Source: Actinopolymorpha singaporensis (GTDB lineage Bacteria; Actinomycetota; Actinomycetes; Propionibacteriales; Actinopolymorphaceae). Taken from it: a DNA stretch of 32,000 nt. The notes below the pieces were generated by a model. It searched no databases and was not told where the DNA came from. It saw only the letters and a program-made list of their open reading frames with translations. Positions 1 to 8,203 of this stretch are shown here, one piece after another. The stretch is taken from assembly GCF_900104745.1 (NCBI RefSeq), contig NZ_LT629732.1:1877981-1909980 (forward strand), in the 5' to 3' direction. The position numbers and the translations under genes are program-made. The stretch's first letter is position 1. Every line of letters starts with the position of its first letter.

Positions 1-1
1 C

Positions 2-844
2 GGGCCGGTGGCCGAGGTGGTGGCCGGCTACTTCGCCGCGTACGAACGTCACCACGACCTGCCCGTGCTGCGCCCGGTCCGGGTGGACAGCGTGCGCGCG
101 TACGGCGACCGGCTCCTGGTCGGTGCGGGCGGCCGGGAGTGGGTGGCCCGCGCGGTGATCAACGCGACCGGAACCTGGCGGCGGCCCTACTGGCCGGCCT
201 ACCCGGGCGCCGCCGACTTCGCCGGACGGCAACTGCACTCGGCCGGCTACCGCGGCCCGGCGGAGTTCGCCGGCCGCCGCGTGGTCGTGGTGGGCGGTGG
301 CAACTCCGCCGCGCAGGTCCTGTCCGAGATCGCGGACGTGGCCGCCGCGACCACCTGGGTGACCCGTCGTCCGCCGATATTCCGCGACAGCTTCACCCGC
401 GAGGACGGGCGGGCCGCCGTGGCGCGGGTGGAGGAACGCGTCCGCGCCGGGCTGCCGCCGCAGAGTGTGGTCGGCGTCACCGGACTGGCGTACACCACCG
501 TCGTCAAGGAGGCCTTGCGCAAGGGTGCCTTGACCCGGCTGCCGATGTTCGACCGGATCCTGCCCGGCGGCGTGCTGTGGTCCGGCGGGCGGTTCGTGCC
601 GGCGGACGCGATCGTGTGGGCGACCGGTTTCCGCCCCGACCTCGGCCACCTCGCCCCGCTGCGACTGCGCGAACCCGGTGGCGGCATCCGGATGGACGGC
701 ACCCGGGTCGTCGCGCAGCCGCGCCTGCACCTGGTGGGGTACGGCCCGTCCGCGAGCACCGTCGGAGCCAACCGGGCCGGCCGGGCGGCTGCCCGGGCGG
801 TCGTCCGGATGCTCGCCGAGGACATGATCGCCGGCGCGGTATAG
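2..844 (+). CDS. Flavin-containing monooxygenase-like NAD(P)/FAD-dependent oxidoreductase, 3' part (5' end lies left of the window)
   Basis: Frame is open back to position 2. VVVVGGGNSAAQ dinucleotide-binding motif, FAGRQLHSAGY (FMO-type FxGxxxHxxxY) and WATGFRPD near the C-terminus. Stop TAG 842-844. Confidence 0.75.
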   Translation, partial: GPVAEVVAGYFAAYERHHDLPVLRPVRVDSVRAYGDRLLVGAGGREWVARAVINATGTWRRPYWPAYPGAADFAGRQLHSAGYRGPAEFAGRRVVVVGGGNSAAQVLSEIADVAAATTWVTRRPPIFRDSFTREDGRAAVARVEERVRAGLPPQSVVGVTGLAYTTVVKEALRKGALTRLPMFDRILPGGVLWSGGRFVPADAIVWATGFRPDLGHLAPLRLREPGGGIRMDGTRVVAQPRLHLVGYGPSASTVGANRAGRAAARAVVRMLAEDMIAGAV

Positions 845-902
845 TCCGTCCGCCACCCATGCCCAGGACGTGCGGCACGCGGTGGCGGGGGAGGACGGAC
901 CG

Positions 903-1286
903 ATGAACGCGTACGCCGCGCTCGCCGTCGCGCTGGTCGCCGTCGTGCTTCTCGTCGTGCTGTTGGTCGCCGTCGTGCCGGCGGGATCGCCCGGTTGGCT
1001 GGTCCGCCTTCGCCCGCGCCGAACCGAGCAACCCGACCCGTTCGCCGCCCACCGCGCGCTCCTCGGGCAGCTGTGCACCACCAGTTCGGTCCGGGTCGAC
1101 AGATACGTCGGTACGGCCGACGCGCCCGGGCCGGACGGGTCGGCGACGCGGATCCAGGTCCGCCAGAACGGCGAGGAGGAGCTACCGGCCGGGTCGACCG
1201 CGCTGATCTACGACTACGAGCCGGACGGCGGGTACTACTGGATCGCGGCGTACGACCCGAGACACGACCTGTCCGACGGCGGCTGA
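903..1286 (+). CDS. Hypothetical membrane-anchored protein
   Basis: ATG 903 is preceded by GGAGGA (889-894). N-terminal hydrophobic helix ALAVALVAVVLLVVLLVAVV. No family recognised. The ORF-track start 870 is an alternative. Confidence 0.5.
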   Translation: MNAYAALAVALVAVVLLVVLLVAVVPAGSPGWLVRLRPRRTEQPDPFAAHRALLGQLCTTSSVRVDRYVGTADAPGPDGSATRIQVRQNGEEELPAGSTALIYDYEPDGGYYWIAAYDPRHDLSDGG

Positions 1287-1308
1287 CCGCGCGGGGTTGG
1301 TCGCGCGG
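1287..1308. terminator. GC-rich hairpin between convergent genes (candidate bidirectional terminator)
   Basis: CCGCGCG (1287-1293) pairs with CGCGCGG (1302-1308), 8-nt loop. It fills the 24-nt gap between the convergent stops TGA 1284-1286 and TCA 1311-1313. No U-tract. Confidence 0.4.
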
Positions 1309-1310
1309 CG

Positions 1311-2756
1311 TCAGACGCTGGAGTCGAAGGCGCGCCGGGCGTGCCAGGCCAGGGCCGACCGCACCTCGTCGATCTCCCGGGCGCGCGAACGGCGACCGTC
1401 CTGGTGGCCGACGGGGTAGAGGCGATAGCCGCCGTGGTACCCGCGGAACACCCGGCCGGCGAGCTTGCGCGGAGGCGTCCAGCCGTCCACCAGCCACACC
1501 ACCACCCAGGGCTCGGCGCGGTCGCCGACCACCCGCACCCGCGCGACGGTCTCCCACGGGATCTGCCAGCGCCGCCGTCCCTTCGCCGCCACCAGGCCCT
1601 GCCGGCTCACCTCCAGCGCGAACCCCCGCCGGGCGGACCGGACCAGATGCCTGAGGGCCAGGACGAACAACACGACGAAGGCGACCACGGCGACCACCCG
1701 CACGACCGGATCGGCGTCGGACGCCTGCCCGGCCCAGGTGACCAGCGCGAGCCCGACGACGATCTGGCAGGCCGCGACGATCAGCCCGGGCAGCCGGTTG
1801 GTACGGAAGCGCACCGTGCCGCCGCCGATGGCCGGCGCCGGCGGCTCGGCGGCCGGCACCTCCGCGGCAGGGGTGGTGTGCAGGTTGGTGGCGTACTGCT
1901 GAACCAGCGTCCGGACCGGCGCCGGCAGCCAGTCCGCCCCGTCCGGGCCCGGTGGGTCGATGCCACCGATGCGGTCCAGCACCTGTCCGGGCGTCGGCCG
2001 GCGGGCTGGATCGCGGTCCAGGCAGGCCCGCACCACGTCGACGAGTTCGGGAGGAAGACCGTCGAGAGTGGGCTCGTCGTGCATCGCGCGGTACATCAGC
2101 GCGTCGGTCGGTCCGGTACCGAACGGTCCCCGCCCGGTCGCGGCGAAGACGAGCACGGCGCCGAGCGCGAACAGGTCGGTGGCCGGGCCGACGGCGGCAC
2201 CGCTGATCTGTTCGGGCGCCAGGAAGCCTGGCGTGCCGAGGAACTCACCCGTCGCGGTGAGCCGTACTCCCTCCAGCGCCTGGGAGATGCCGAAGTCGAT
2301 CACCCGGGGGCCGTCCGCGGCGAGCAGCACGTTGGACGGCTTGAGGTCGCGGTGGACCAGCCCGGCCGCGTGGATCGCCTGCAGCGCCTCGGTCAGCCCG
2401 GCCGCCAGTCGGCGTACGGCGGGCGCGGGCAGCGGGCCGTACTCCGACACCGCCTGCTGGAGGGTGGGACCCACGACGTACTCCGTGGCCAGCCACGGCT
2501 GGGGCGCCTCCGGGTCGGCGTCGACGACGCCGGCGGTCCAGAAGCCACCGACCGACCGCGCCATCGCCACCTCGCGCCGGAACCGCTCCCGAAACTCCGG
2601 GTCGTCGGCCAGGTCGGTGCGGGCGACCTTCACCGCGACCGCCCGGCCGCCCGGAGAGGTGCCGAGGTAGACGGTGCCCATCGCGCCGCCGCCCAGGCGG
2701 CCACGCAGGGAGTAGGCGCCGACCCGGGTGGGGTCGGCTGTGCCCAGGGGCCGCAC
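1311..2756 (-). CDS. Serine/threonine protein kinase with two predicted TM helices and a ~100-aa C-terminal domain
   Basis: Hanks kinase motifs RLGGGAMGTVY, VAVK, HRDLKPSNVLL, DFGIS and GTPGFLAPE. Two hydrophobic helices follow (LIVAACQIVVGLALV, VVAVVAFVVLFVLAL). GTG start 2756 has GGAG about 9 nt upstream. Confidence 0.9.
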   Translation of the reverse strand: MRPLGTADPTRVGAYSLRGRLGGGAMGTVYLGTSPGGRAVAVKVARTDLADDPEFRERFRREVAMARSVGGFWTAGVVDADPEAPQPWLATEYVVGPTLQQAVSEYGPLPAPAVRRLAAGLTEALQAIHAAGLVHRDLKPSNVLLAADGPRVIDFGISQALEGVRLTATGEFLGTPGFLAPEQISGAAVGPATDLFALGAVLVFAATGRGPFGTGPTDALMYRAMHDEPTLDGLPPELVDVVRACLDRDPARRPTPGQVLDRIGGIDPPGPDGADWLPAPVRTLVQQYATNLHTTPAAEVPAAEPPAPAIGGGTVRFRTNRLPGLIVAACQIVVGLALVTWAGQASDADPVVRVVAVVAFVVLFVLALRHLVRSARRGFALEVSRQGLVAAKGRRRWQIPWETVARVRVVGDRAEPWVVVWLVDGWTPPRKLAGRVFRGYHGGYRLYPVGHQDGRRSRAREIDEVRSALAWHARRAFDSSV

Positions 2757-2867
2757 GCGCGCTCACTCCGTCTCGAGGCGTCGGCCGGATCGTTCCGGCG
2801 ACTTCTCCCGCTCGGTTCTGCTTGGCATCGCTTCCAGGCCCGAGCTTAGGGTGTGCCGGCCGGAACC

Positions 2868-3830
2868 TCAGCAGGAGTTGGTGCTCGCCACCACCGGCTC
2901 GTCGCTGTCGGGCTGCACGGAGTACAGCACGCCCTGCAGGCGCGAGTGCACGATCTCGCCGGGGGTGTCGGCCCAGCCGTCGTGGTTGCCGTCGTAGATC
3001 TGCTCGTAGTGCAGGTGGGCGACGCCGGTGCCGACCGCGCCGGCCAGGCCGATCCGCTGGCCCTGGCCGACCTTCTGGCCGACGGAGACGTCGCGCTCCT
3101 GCAGGTGCAGGGACAGGGTGTACCACCCGTTGCCGTGGTCGATCTTCACTCCGCCCGGCTCGGAGAGCTTGACCACGGTGCCGGCGGCGGAGGCCACCAC
3201 GACCATGCCGTCGGTCGGTCCGCTCTCGTTGAAGAAGTCGATCTTCATGTCGTCCGGGGCGTGGCCGGTGTACGTCGTGAACCGCAGCCTGGTGCCGCAC
3301 CGGGCCGGCAGCGCGAAGTCGGGACGGCCGTCGCTGGAACGCGCCGGCTTCTTGACGACCGGCTTCCTGGTGACCGCCTTCCTGGTGGGCTTCGGCTCCG
3401 GCTTCGGCGCGGCCTTCCTGGTGGGCTCCGGCTTCGGCGTGGCCTTCTTCGTGACCTTCGGGGTCGGCTTCGGCGTGGCCTTCTTCGTCGCCTTCGGCGT
3501 GGGTGCCGTGGCGGTCGGGGTTGCCGGCGGTGCCACCCGGGTCTGCGAGCGGGAGGCGCGCTCACGCTCGACGCGTTCGCGGGCGGTGTCGACCTGCTTG
3601 CTCACCGAGTCGTACGCCGTGACCTTGGCGGCGGAGTCGTCGAGTTGCCCGGCCTGGCGGGCGAGGATCCACGGGGTCACGGCACCCGCGGTGAGGGCGA
3701 GCACACCGGCGACGACGGCGAGGGCGAGGAGTGGCCGGCGGAGGGTACGGGAGTCGTCGGGACGGCGGAGGCTGCTGGGGGCGTCGGAGCGGTGTCGGGC
3801 TGACCTGCGTCGCGGCGGTCTGGGCGGCAT
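2868..3830 (-). CDS. Membrane-anchored M23 (LytM-type) metallopeptidase with K/P/T-rich repeat linker
   Basis: C-terminal KIDHGNGWYTLSLHL ... GVAHLHYEQ (M23 HxH pattern). N-terminal Arg-rich segment plus TM helix LLALAVVAGVLALTAGAV. ATG 3830 has AAGGAG 8 nt upstream, so the ORF-track start 3902 is less likely. Confidence 0.85.
   Translation of the reverse strand: MPPRPPRRRSARHRSDAPSSLRRPDDSRTLRRPLLALAVVAGVLALTAGAVTPWILARQAGQLDDSAAKVTAYDSVSKQVDTARERVERERASRSQTRVAPPATPTATAPTPKATKKATPKPTPKVTKKATPKPEPTRKAAPKPEPKPTRKAVTRKPVVKKPARSSDGRPDFALPARCGTRLRFTTYTGHAPDDMKIDFFNESGPTDGMVVVASAAGTVVKLSEPGGVKIDHGNGWYTLSLHLQERDVSVGQKVGQGQRIGLAGAVGTGVAHLHYEQIYDGNHDGWADTPGEIVHSRLQGVLYSVQPDSDEPVVASTNSC
3355..3500 (-). 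repeat. Coding tandem repeat, ~36-nt (12-codon) period, about 4 units
   Basis: GCTTCGGCGTGGCCTTCTTCGT occurs at 3431-3452 and 3467-3488. GCCTTCCTGGTGGGCT occurs at 3376-3391 and 3412-3427. It encodes the linker ...TKKATPKPTPKVTKKATPKPEPTRKAAPKPEPKPTRK... Confidence 0.8.
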
Positions 3831-3964
3831 CGAGCGATCTCCTTCGTCAGTGGCGGCGCGTTCACGGCACGTCCTCAGGACGCGGGCAGGCGGCGCCCGC
3901 ACACCCGACTCCGCCGAGCAGGCGGGGGTGCGCGGGGCAAAGGAAGATCACGCGACGAACGGTG

Positions 3965-3988
3965 GACGCCGGCAGATCTGCCGGCGTC
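3965..3988. promoter_or_regulatory. Perfect 24-bp palindrome in a divergent intergenic region (candidate operator or strong hairpin)
   Basis: GACGCCGGCAGA|TCTGCCGGCGTC, exact reverse-complement symmetry. It lies 135 nt upstream of the M23 peptidase ATG (3830) and about 215-240 nt upstream of the polymerase-like gene. Confidence 0.4.
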
Positions 3989-4203
3989 TGAAGCCTTCCG
4001 GGAGCCGTGGTGCGATGGTGCTTTTGCGTTGTGTTGCCGGTTCGGCCCCCGTGGCCGACCTTGGGCAGTTTGCGGGATCCACCGGACGTCTGCCAAGCTC
4101 GCTGTCCGGATTGCGGGAATATCTGCGGGGAATTCCGGTCCGGTGAGGACCCTCGACGACCGGTCGGCGACGACGGCGGCGGCCGTGTCCGGCAGGCCTG
4201 TCG

Positions 4204-6144
4204 GTGGGCACGGGCAGGATGATCAGCATGGAGCCGTGGTCGACCGCCGAGCTTGCTCACCTGGTGGAAGCCACGCCCGGTCGCTGCCTCGCACTGGTCG
4301 TGGTCCGCGGCCTGGGTGTCGGACTCGCCGTCGACGGCAATCGCTGGGCCGTCCCCTGCGCCGATCCGCCCCGGTTGGTCGCCGACCTCGACCGGGAGCT
4401 ACGGCCTAGGTGGGTCTGGTGGGACGCCCGCACCACCGCCGGCGAGCTGCTCGCCGCCGACGTCCGGGTCCGCGCCTGCTGGGACCTCGCCGCCGCCCAT
4501 CGGGTGCTGTTCGGCGGACGGCGCGACGACCCGGCCGCGGTGTGGGCCGCGGCCACCGGCCTGCCCGAGCCGCCCCCGCCGCGCCAGGAGGTGACCCTGC
4601 TCGACTGGTCGCTCGACTGGGCCGAGCCCGCCGCCCACCCCGCTTCCCACCCTGGTGCCGGATCCGATGCCGGCGCCGATGCAGGGTCCACCGACTTCTT
4701 CACCCACGAGGGCCAACTGCGGCCCGACGTGGCCGGCCAGGACTGGCTCGCCGACCCCGTGACCGGGCCTGCCGGCGGCGTCCTCGACCGGGCGGCCAGG
4801 TGGGCGGCGCTCGCACTGCGGGTCCGTGCCGCCCAGGACACCGGCCTGCGCGCGTTACCCGATCCGCGGGCCACTCCCCGGGCGCTCCCGCTGTCCGTCC
4901 TCACCGCGTACGCCGAGTCCGCCGCCGCCCTGCTGGCCATGGAGCTCGAGCACGACGGACTTCCCCTCGACCGCGACGCGGCCGAGCAGTACATCTCGGC
5001 CTTCGTCGGGCCGCGCCCCGCCACACCCGCCGCCGAGGCAACCGCCCGGGCCGGCCGGGACGCCGCGGTGGTCGACCTCTTCCGTTCCGGCCCGGCCGAG
5101 GAGGCCGGGGCGCGCGTCGACCTGCGCAATCCCGTGCACGTACGCGAGTTGCTGGGCCGGATCGGGCTGCACGTCCCCGACACCCGCTCCTGGCGGCTGG
5201 AGCCCTTCCGCGACTCCCACCCGGGCGTGGCCGCGTTCCTCGACTGGCGCAAGGCCGAGCGCATCGCCACGACCTACGGCTACGGCTGGCTCGACCGGCA
5301 CGTCGGGGGCGACGGCCGGCTGCGCGGAGCCTGGGCGGCCTCCGACGGCGCGGCCGGCCGGATGACCGCGGGCGCCGGGCTGCACAACCTCCCCGCCGGC
5401 CTGCGGGTGGCGGTCGCCGCCGAGCCGGGCCACGTGCTGGTCCGCGCCGACCTGGGCCAGATCGAGCCCCGGGTGCTGGCTGTGGTCTCCGGGGACGCCG
5501 CGCTGGCCCGGGCTGCGCGCGCCGACGACCTGTACGCCCCGGTCGCGGCCCAACTGCACTGCGACCGGCCGACTGCGAAGGTCGCCGTCCTGGCCGCGAT
5601 GTACGGCCAGACCTCCGGCACGGCAGGCGCGGCCCTGCGGCGGATGGAACGCGCCTACCCGCGGGCGATCGGTTACCTCCGGGCGGCCGAAGAGGCCGGC
5701 CTGGTCGGCCGGGACATCCGTACGCACGGCGGCCGCCTGATCCGGCTCCGTCCTGGCGAGAGTGGCGAGGGTGAAGGTGACGACGGCGACGACGTGGACC
5801 CGCGCGCGGCGGACGCACCGCCGGGCTCGCGGCCGGCTTCGGCCCAGGCCCGGCGCCATGGTCACGGCAGGTTCGCCCGCAACGCCGTCCTCCAGGGCGC
5901 GGCGGCGGAGTTCTTCAAGGCGTGGGCGGCGGCGGTGCGCACCGGCCTGCGTCCGTTCGGCGGCCGGATCGTGCTGTGCCTGCACGACGAGCTGCTGTTG
6001 CACGTGCCCGCCGAGCACGCCGACCCGGCCACCGCGCTGGTGACGAGCGCCCTGGAGTCGACGGCGGCGTTCTGGGCGTCCGGCAGCTCCGTCCGCTTCG
6101 TCGCCGACGTCAGCGTGGTCGCCCGCTGGTCGGAGGCCAAGTGA
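4204..6144 (+). CDS. Stand-alone family-A (Pol I-like) DNA polymerase paralogue lacking a 5'-nuclease domain
   Basis: Pol A motifs: motif A VRADLGQIEPRVLA, motif B RPTAKVAVLAAMYGQTSG, motif C VLCLHDELLLHV, plus GRMTAGAGLHNLP. The start is uncertain (GTG 4204, ATG 4219 or ATG 4228). Confidence 0.8.
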   Translation: MGTGRMISMEPWSTAELAHLVEATPGRCLALVVVRGLGVGLAVDGNRWAVPCADPPRLVADLDRELRPRWVWWDARTTAGELLAADVRVRACWDLAAAHRVLFGGRRDDPAAVWAAATGLPEPPPPRQEVTLLDWSLDWAEPAAHPASHPGAGSDAGADAGSTDFFTHEGQLRPDVAGQDWLADPVTGPAGGVLDRAARWAALALRVRAAQDTGLRALPDPRATPRALPLSVLTAYAESAAALLAMELEHDGLPLDRDAAEQYISAFVGPRPATPAAEATARAGRDAAVVDLFRSGPAEEAGARVDLRNPVHVRELLGRIGLHVPDTRSWRLEPFRDSHPGVAAFLDWRKAERIATTYGYGWLDRHVGGDGRLRGAWAASDGAAGRMTAGAGLHNLPAGLRVAVAAEPGHVLVRADLGQIEPRVLAVVSGDAALARAARADDLYAPVAAQLHCDRPTAKVAVLAAMYGQTSGTAGAALRRMERAYPRAIGYLRAAEEAGLVGRDIRTHGGRLIRLRPGESGEGEGDDGDDVDPRAADAPPGSRPASAQARRHGHGRFARNAVLQGAAAEFFKAWAAAVRTGLRPFGGRIVLCLHDELLLHVPAEHADPATALVTSALESTAAFWASGSSVRFVADVSVVARWSEAK

Positions 6145-6171
6145 GCGGGGGCGAGGCGAGCGCCGCCGGGT

Positions 6172-6636
6172 TCAGCCGAGCTGGGCAGCGAACATCCAGC
6201 GGTGCTTCTCCAGCGCCCGCAGGGCCTCGATCACGATGTCCTGGCTCACCGGGTCCGTCGTCTCCAGGGCCTCCATCGCTGTGCGCGCCCGCGCGATCGT
6301 GGCGTCGAGCTGGTCGACGACGGCGCCGACGACCTTGTCGTCGCTGGTGAAGCCGGGCGCCACCTCCGGCAGGTTGGTGGTCGTCGCCACTGTCGCCGGC
6401 CGCCCGTCGGCGGCTACGTCCAGCGCGACCAGGCGTTCGGCGACTGTGTCGGCAAACTCGCGGGCGTCGTCGATCACGACGTCCAGCCGTTCGTGGACGG
6501 GCAGGAAGTAGCGGCCCCGCACGTGCCAGTGCAGCTGCTTGCCGTTCTGGGCCAGGCCCACGAGGTCGACCAGAACCGGTTGCAGGACCTTCGCGACGTC
6601 CTTCCCCGAAACCTCACTGGTGGTCTTCGCGTTCAC
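6172..6636 (-). CDS. dps: Dps (DNA starvation/stationary-phase protection protein, ferritin-like)
   Basis: LQPVLVDLVGLAQNGKQLHWHVRGRYFLPVHERLDVVIDDAREFADTVAERL is a typical Dps core. GTG 6636 (VNAKTT...) has GAGGAG just upstream. The ORF-track N-terminal extension to 6813 is Arg/Pro-rich and unlikely. Confidence 0.9.
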   Translation of the reverse strand: MNAKTTSEVSGKDVAKVLQPVLVDLVGLAQNGKQLHWHVRGRYFLPVHERLDVVIDDAREFADTVAERLVALDVAADGRPATVATTTNLPEVAPGFTSDDKVVGAVVDQLDATIARARTAMEALETTDPVSQDIVIEALRALEKHRWMFAAQLG

Positions 6637-6894
6637 GGAACTCTCCTCACGTGTCCGGTACGCGGCAGGCACCCTCACTGCCAGCCTGCGTCCCGGTCCG
6701 GCGGCAGGCAAACCGCACACCGGACCTGAGCGGATTGCCCGAGACGGCCGGCCGGTGACCGCGGCGCGAAACGGAGCGTCGGGCGGGTCGTTCCCGTACG
6801 TGACAGGAGGCATTTACGGGGTAAGTCCCGGACACGAGCGGGCAGGGCGACGACCGGGGGCCCGCCCACCAGATGCGCACGAGCTGGGAGATCC

Positions 6895-7797
6895 ATGACA
6901 CAGCGCGACCAACCAGAGCAGGCGGCCCAGCAGGACCCGCAGCACCAGCACCCGCGCCCGGAGTTCCCCGGGCAGACCCAGGAGCACCCCGGCCTGGACT
7001 CGGAGATGGAGCCCAAGCCCGACTACGGCTACGACACCTACCGCGGGCTCGGCCGGCTGGAGGGCAAGAAGGCCCTGATCACCGGAGGCGACTCCGGCAT
7101 CGGCCGGGCCGTCGCCCTGGCCTTCGCCCGCGAGGGTGCCGACGTGGCGATCGCCTACCTCGAGGCCGAGGAGTCCGACGCGGCCGAGACCGCCCGGGTC
7201 GTGGAGGAGGCCGGCCGCAAGGCGCTGCGCTTCGCGACCGACCTGAGCGACGAGGGCAACTGCCGCCGGCTGGCCGACCAGGTGGTGAAGGAGTTCGGCC
7301 AGGTCGACATCCTGGTCAACAACGCGGCGTACCAGATGAGCTTCGACAGCTTCGACAAGATCCCGTCGGACCTGCTGGAGCACACCTTCCGCACCAACAT
7401 TCTGGCGATGTTCTGGCTGACCCAGGCGGTGCTGCCTTCCATTCCCGAGGGCGGCACCATCATCAACACCTCCTCGATCCAGGCCTACCAGCCCACCCCC
7501 GCCCTGTTGCCGTACGCCACCACCAAGGGCGCCATCGTGACGTTCACCAAGGGCCTCGCGGAGGAGCTCGCCGAGCGCGGCATCCGGGTCAACTCCGTGG
7601 CGCCCGGGCCGGTGTGGACGCCGATCATTCCGGCGTCGATGCCCGCGGAGAAGGCGGCGTCGTTCGGTTCGGACGCACCGCTGGGCCGGCCCGGTCAACC
7701 GGCCGAACTCGCGCCTGCGTTCGTGTTCCTGGCCTCCCAGGAGTCGAGCTTCGTCAGCGGGCAGATCCTCGGAGTCACCGGCGGCCGGCTGCCGTAA
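6895..7797 (+). CDS. SDR-family oxidoreductase of the YghA/YhdF general-stress-protein-39 type
   Basis: Gln/Pro-rich N-terminal tail, then KALITGGDSGIGRAVALAFAREGADVAIAYL, NNAAY, and Y..TKGAIVTFTKGLA (YxxxK). ATG 6895 has GGGAGA 5 nt upstream. Confidence 0.9.
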   Translation: MTQRDQPEQAAQQDPQHQHPRPEFPGQTQEHPGLDSEMEPKPDYGYDTYRGLGRLEGKKALITGGDSGIGRAVALAFAREGADVAIAYLEAEESDAAETARVVEEAGRKALRFATDLSDEGNCRRLADQVVKEFGQVDILVNNAAYQMSFDSFDKIPSDLLEHTFRTNILAMFWLTQAVLPSIPEGGTIINTSSIQAYQPTPALLPYATTKGAIVTFTKGLAEELAERGIRVNSVAPGPVWTPIIPASMPAEKAASFGSDAPLGRPGQPAELAPAFVFLASQESSFVSGQILGVTGGRLP

Positions 7798-7831
7798 CTG
7801 CCGGCAGTTGCCGGCCTCCCCCGGCACCGCT

Positions 7832-7885
7832 GGCCGACTCCGGTACCCCGCACGCGCCCAAGATGGGCGGGTTCCGGAGTCGGCC
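7832..7885 (+). terminator. Nested stem-loop after the SDR gene (candidate terminator or RNA element)
   Basis: Perfect 12-bp arms GGCCGACTCCGG (7832-7843) and CCGGAGTCGGCC (7874-7885). They enclose an inner hairpin CGCCCA-AGA-TGGGCG (7855-7869). No U-tract. Confidence 0.35.
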
Positions 7886-7936
7886 GCCGGAAAGTAGTTG
7901 AATAAGGGGGTACGCGACGTCGACGGAGGTTCCGAC

Positions 7937-8203
7937 ATGAGTATCGGCGCGGGCATTTTTCTCATCGCATTCGGGGCGATCCTTGCCTTCGCCGTGAAGG
8001 CCCAGCCGGACTGGCTGAGCCTGGACGTCGTGGGCTGGGTGTTCATGCTGACCGGTGCGACCATCCTGGCCATCACGCTGACGCTGTGGAACAAGCGGCG
8101 TCGCGCGGCCTCGATCAGCGAGCGGCAGGTCATCGAGAACGGCCGGCAGACCACCGCCGAGCGGCGCGTCTACCGCGAGACCGACGTCCCGCCCGAGGTG
8201 TGA
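7937..8203 (+). CDS. Small two-TM membrane protein (DUF6458-like)
   Basis: ATG 7937 has GGAGG (7925-7929) upstream. MSIGAGIFLIAFGAILAFAV plus a second helix VVGWVFMLTGATILAITLTLW, then a basic tail. Confidence 0.7.
   Translation: MSIGAGIFLIAFGAILAFAVKAQPDWLSLDVVGWVFMLTGATILAITLTLWNKRRRAASISERQVIENGRQTTAERRVYRETDVPPEV

Noticed and set aside
2784-2799. Hairpin GCCGGA-TCGT-TCCGGC between the M23 peptidase and kinase genes as a terminator
   Set aside because: It has only 6 bp and no U-tract, and it sits in a short co-directional gap where co-transcription is more likely.
4007-4222. 71-aa Cys-rich small ORF (CPDCGNIC...) in the peptidase/polymerase intergenic region
   Set aside because: By my count about 30% of its third codon positions are A/T, unlike the strongly G/C-ending codons of real genes here. 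It has no RBS and overlaps the palindrome/repeat region. I treat it as non-coding.
6796-6824. SigB/SigF-type promoter upstream of the SDR (GGGTAA -10 element)
   Set aside because: I could not find a GTTT/GnnTn-type -35 element at the required 14-16-nt spacing. I kept it only as a low-interest note.
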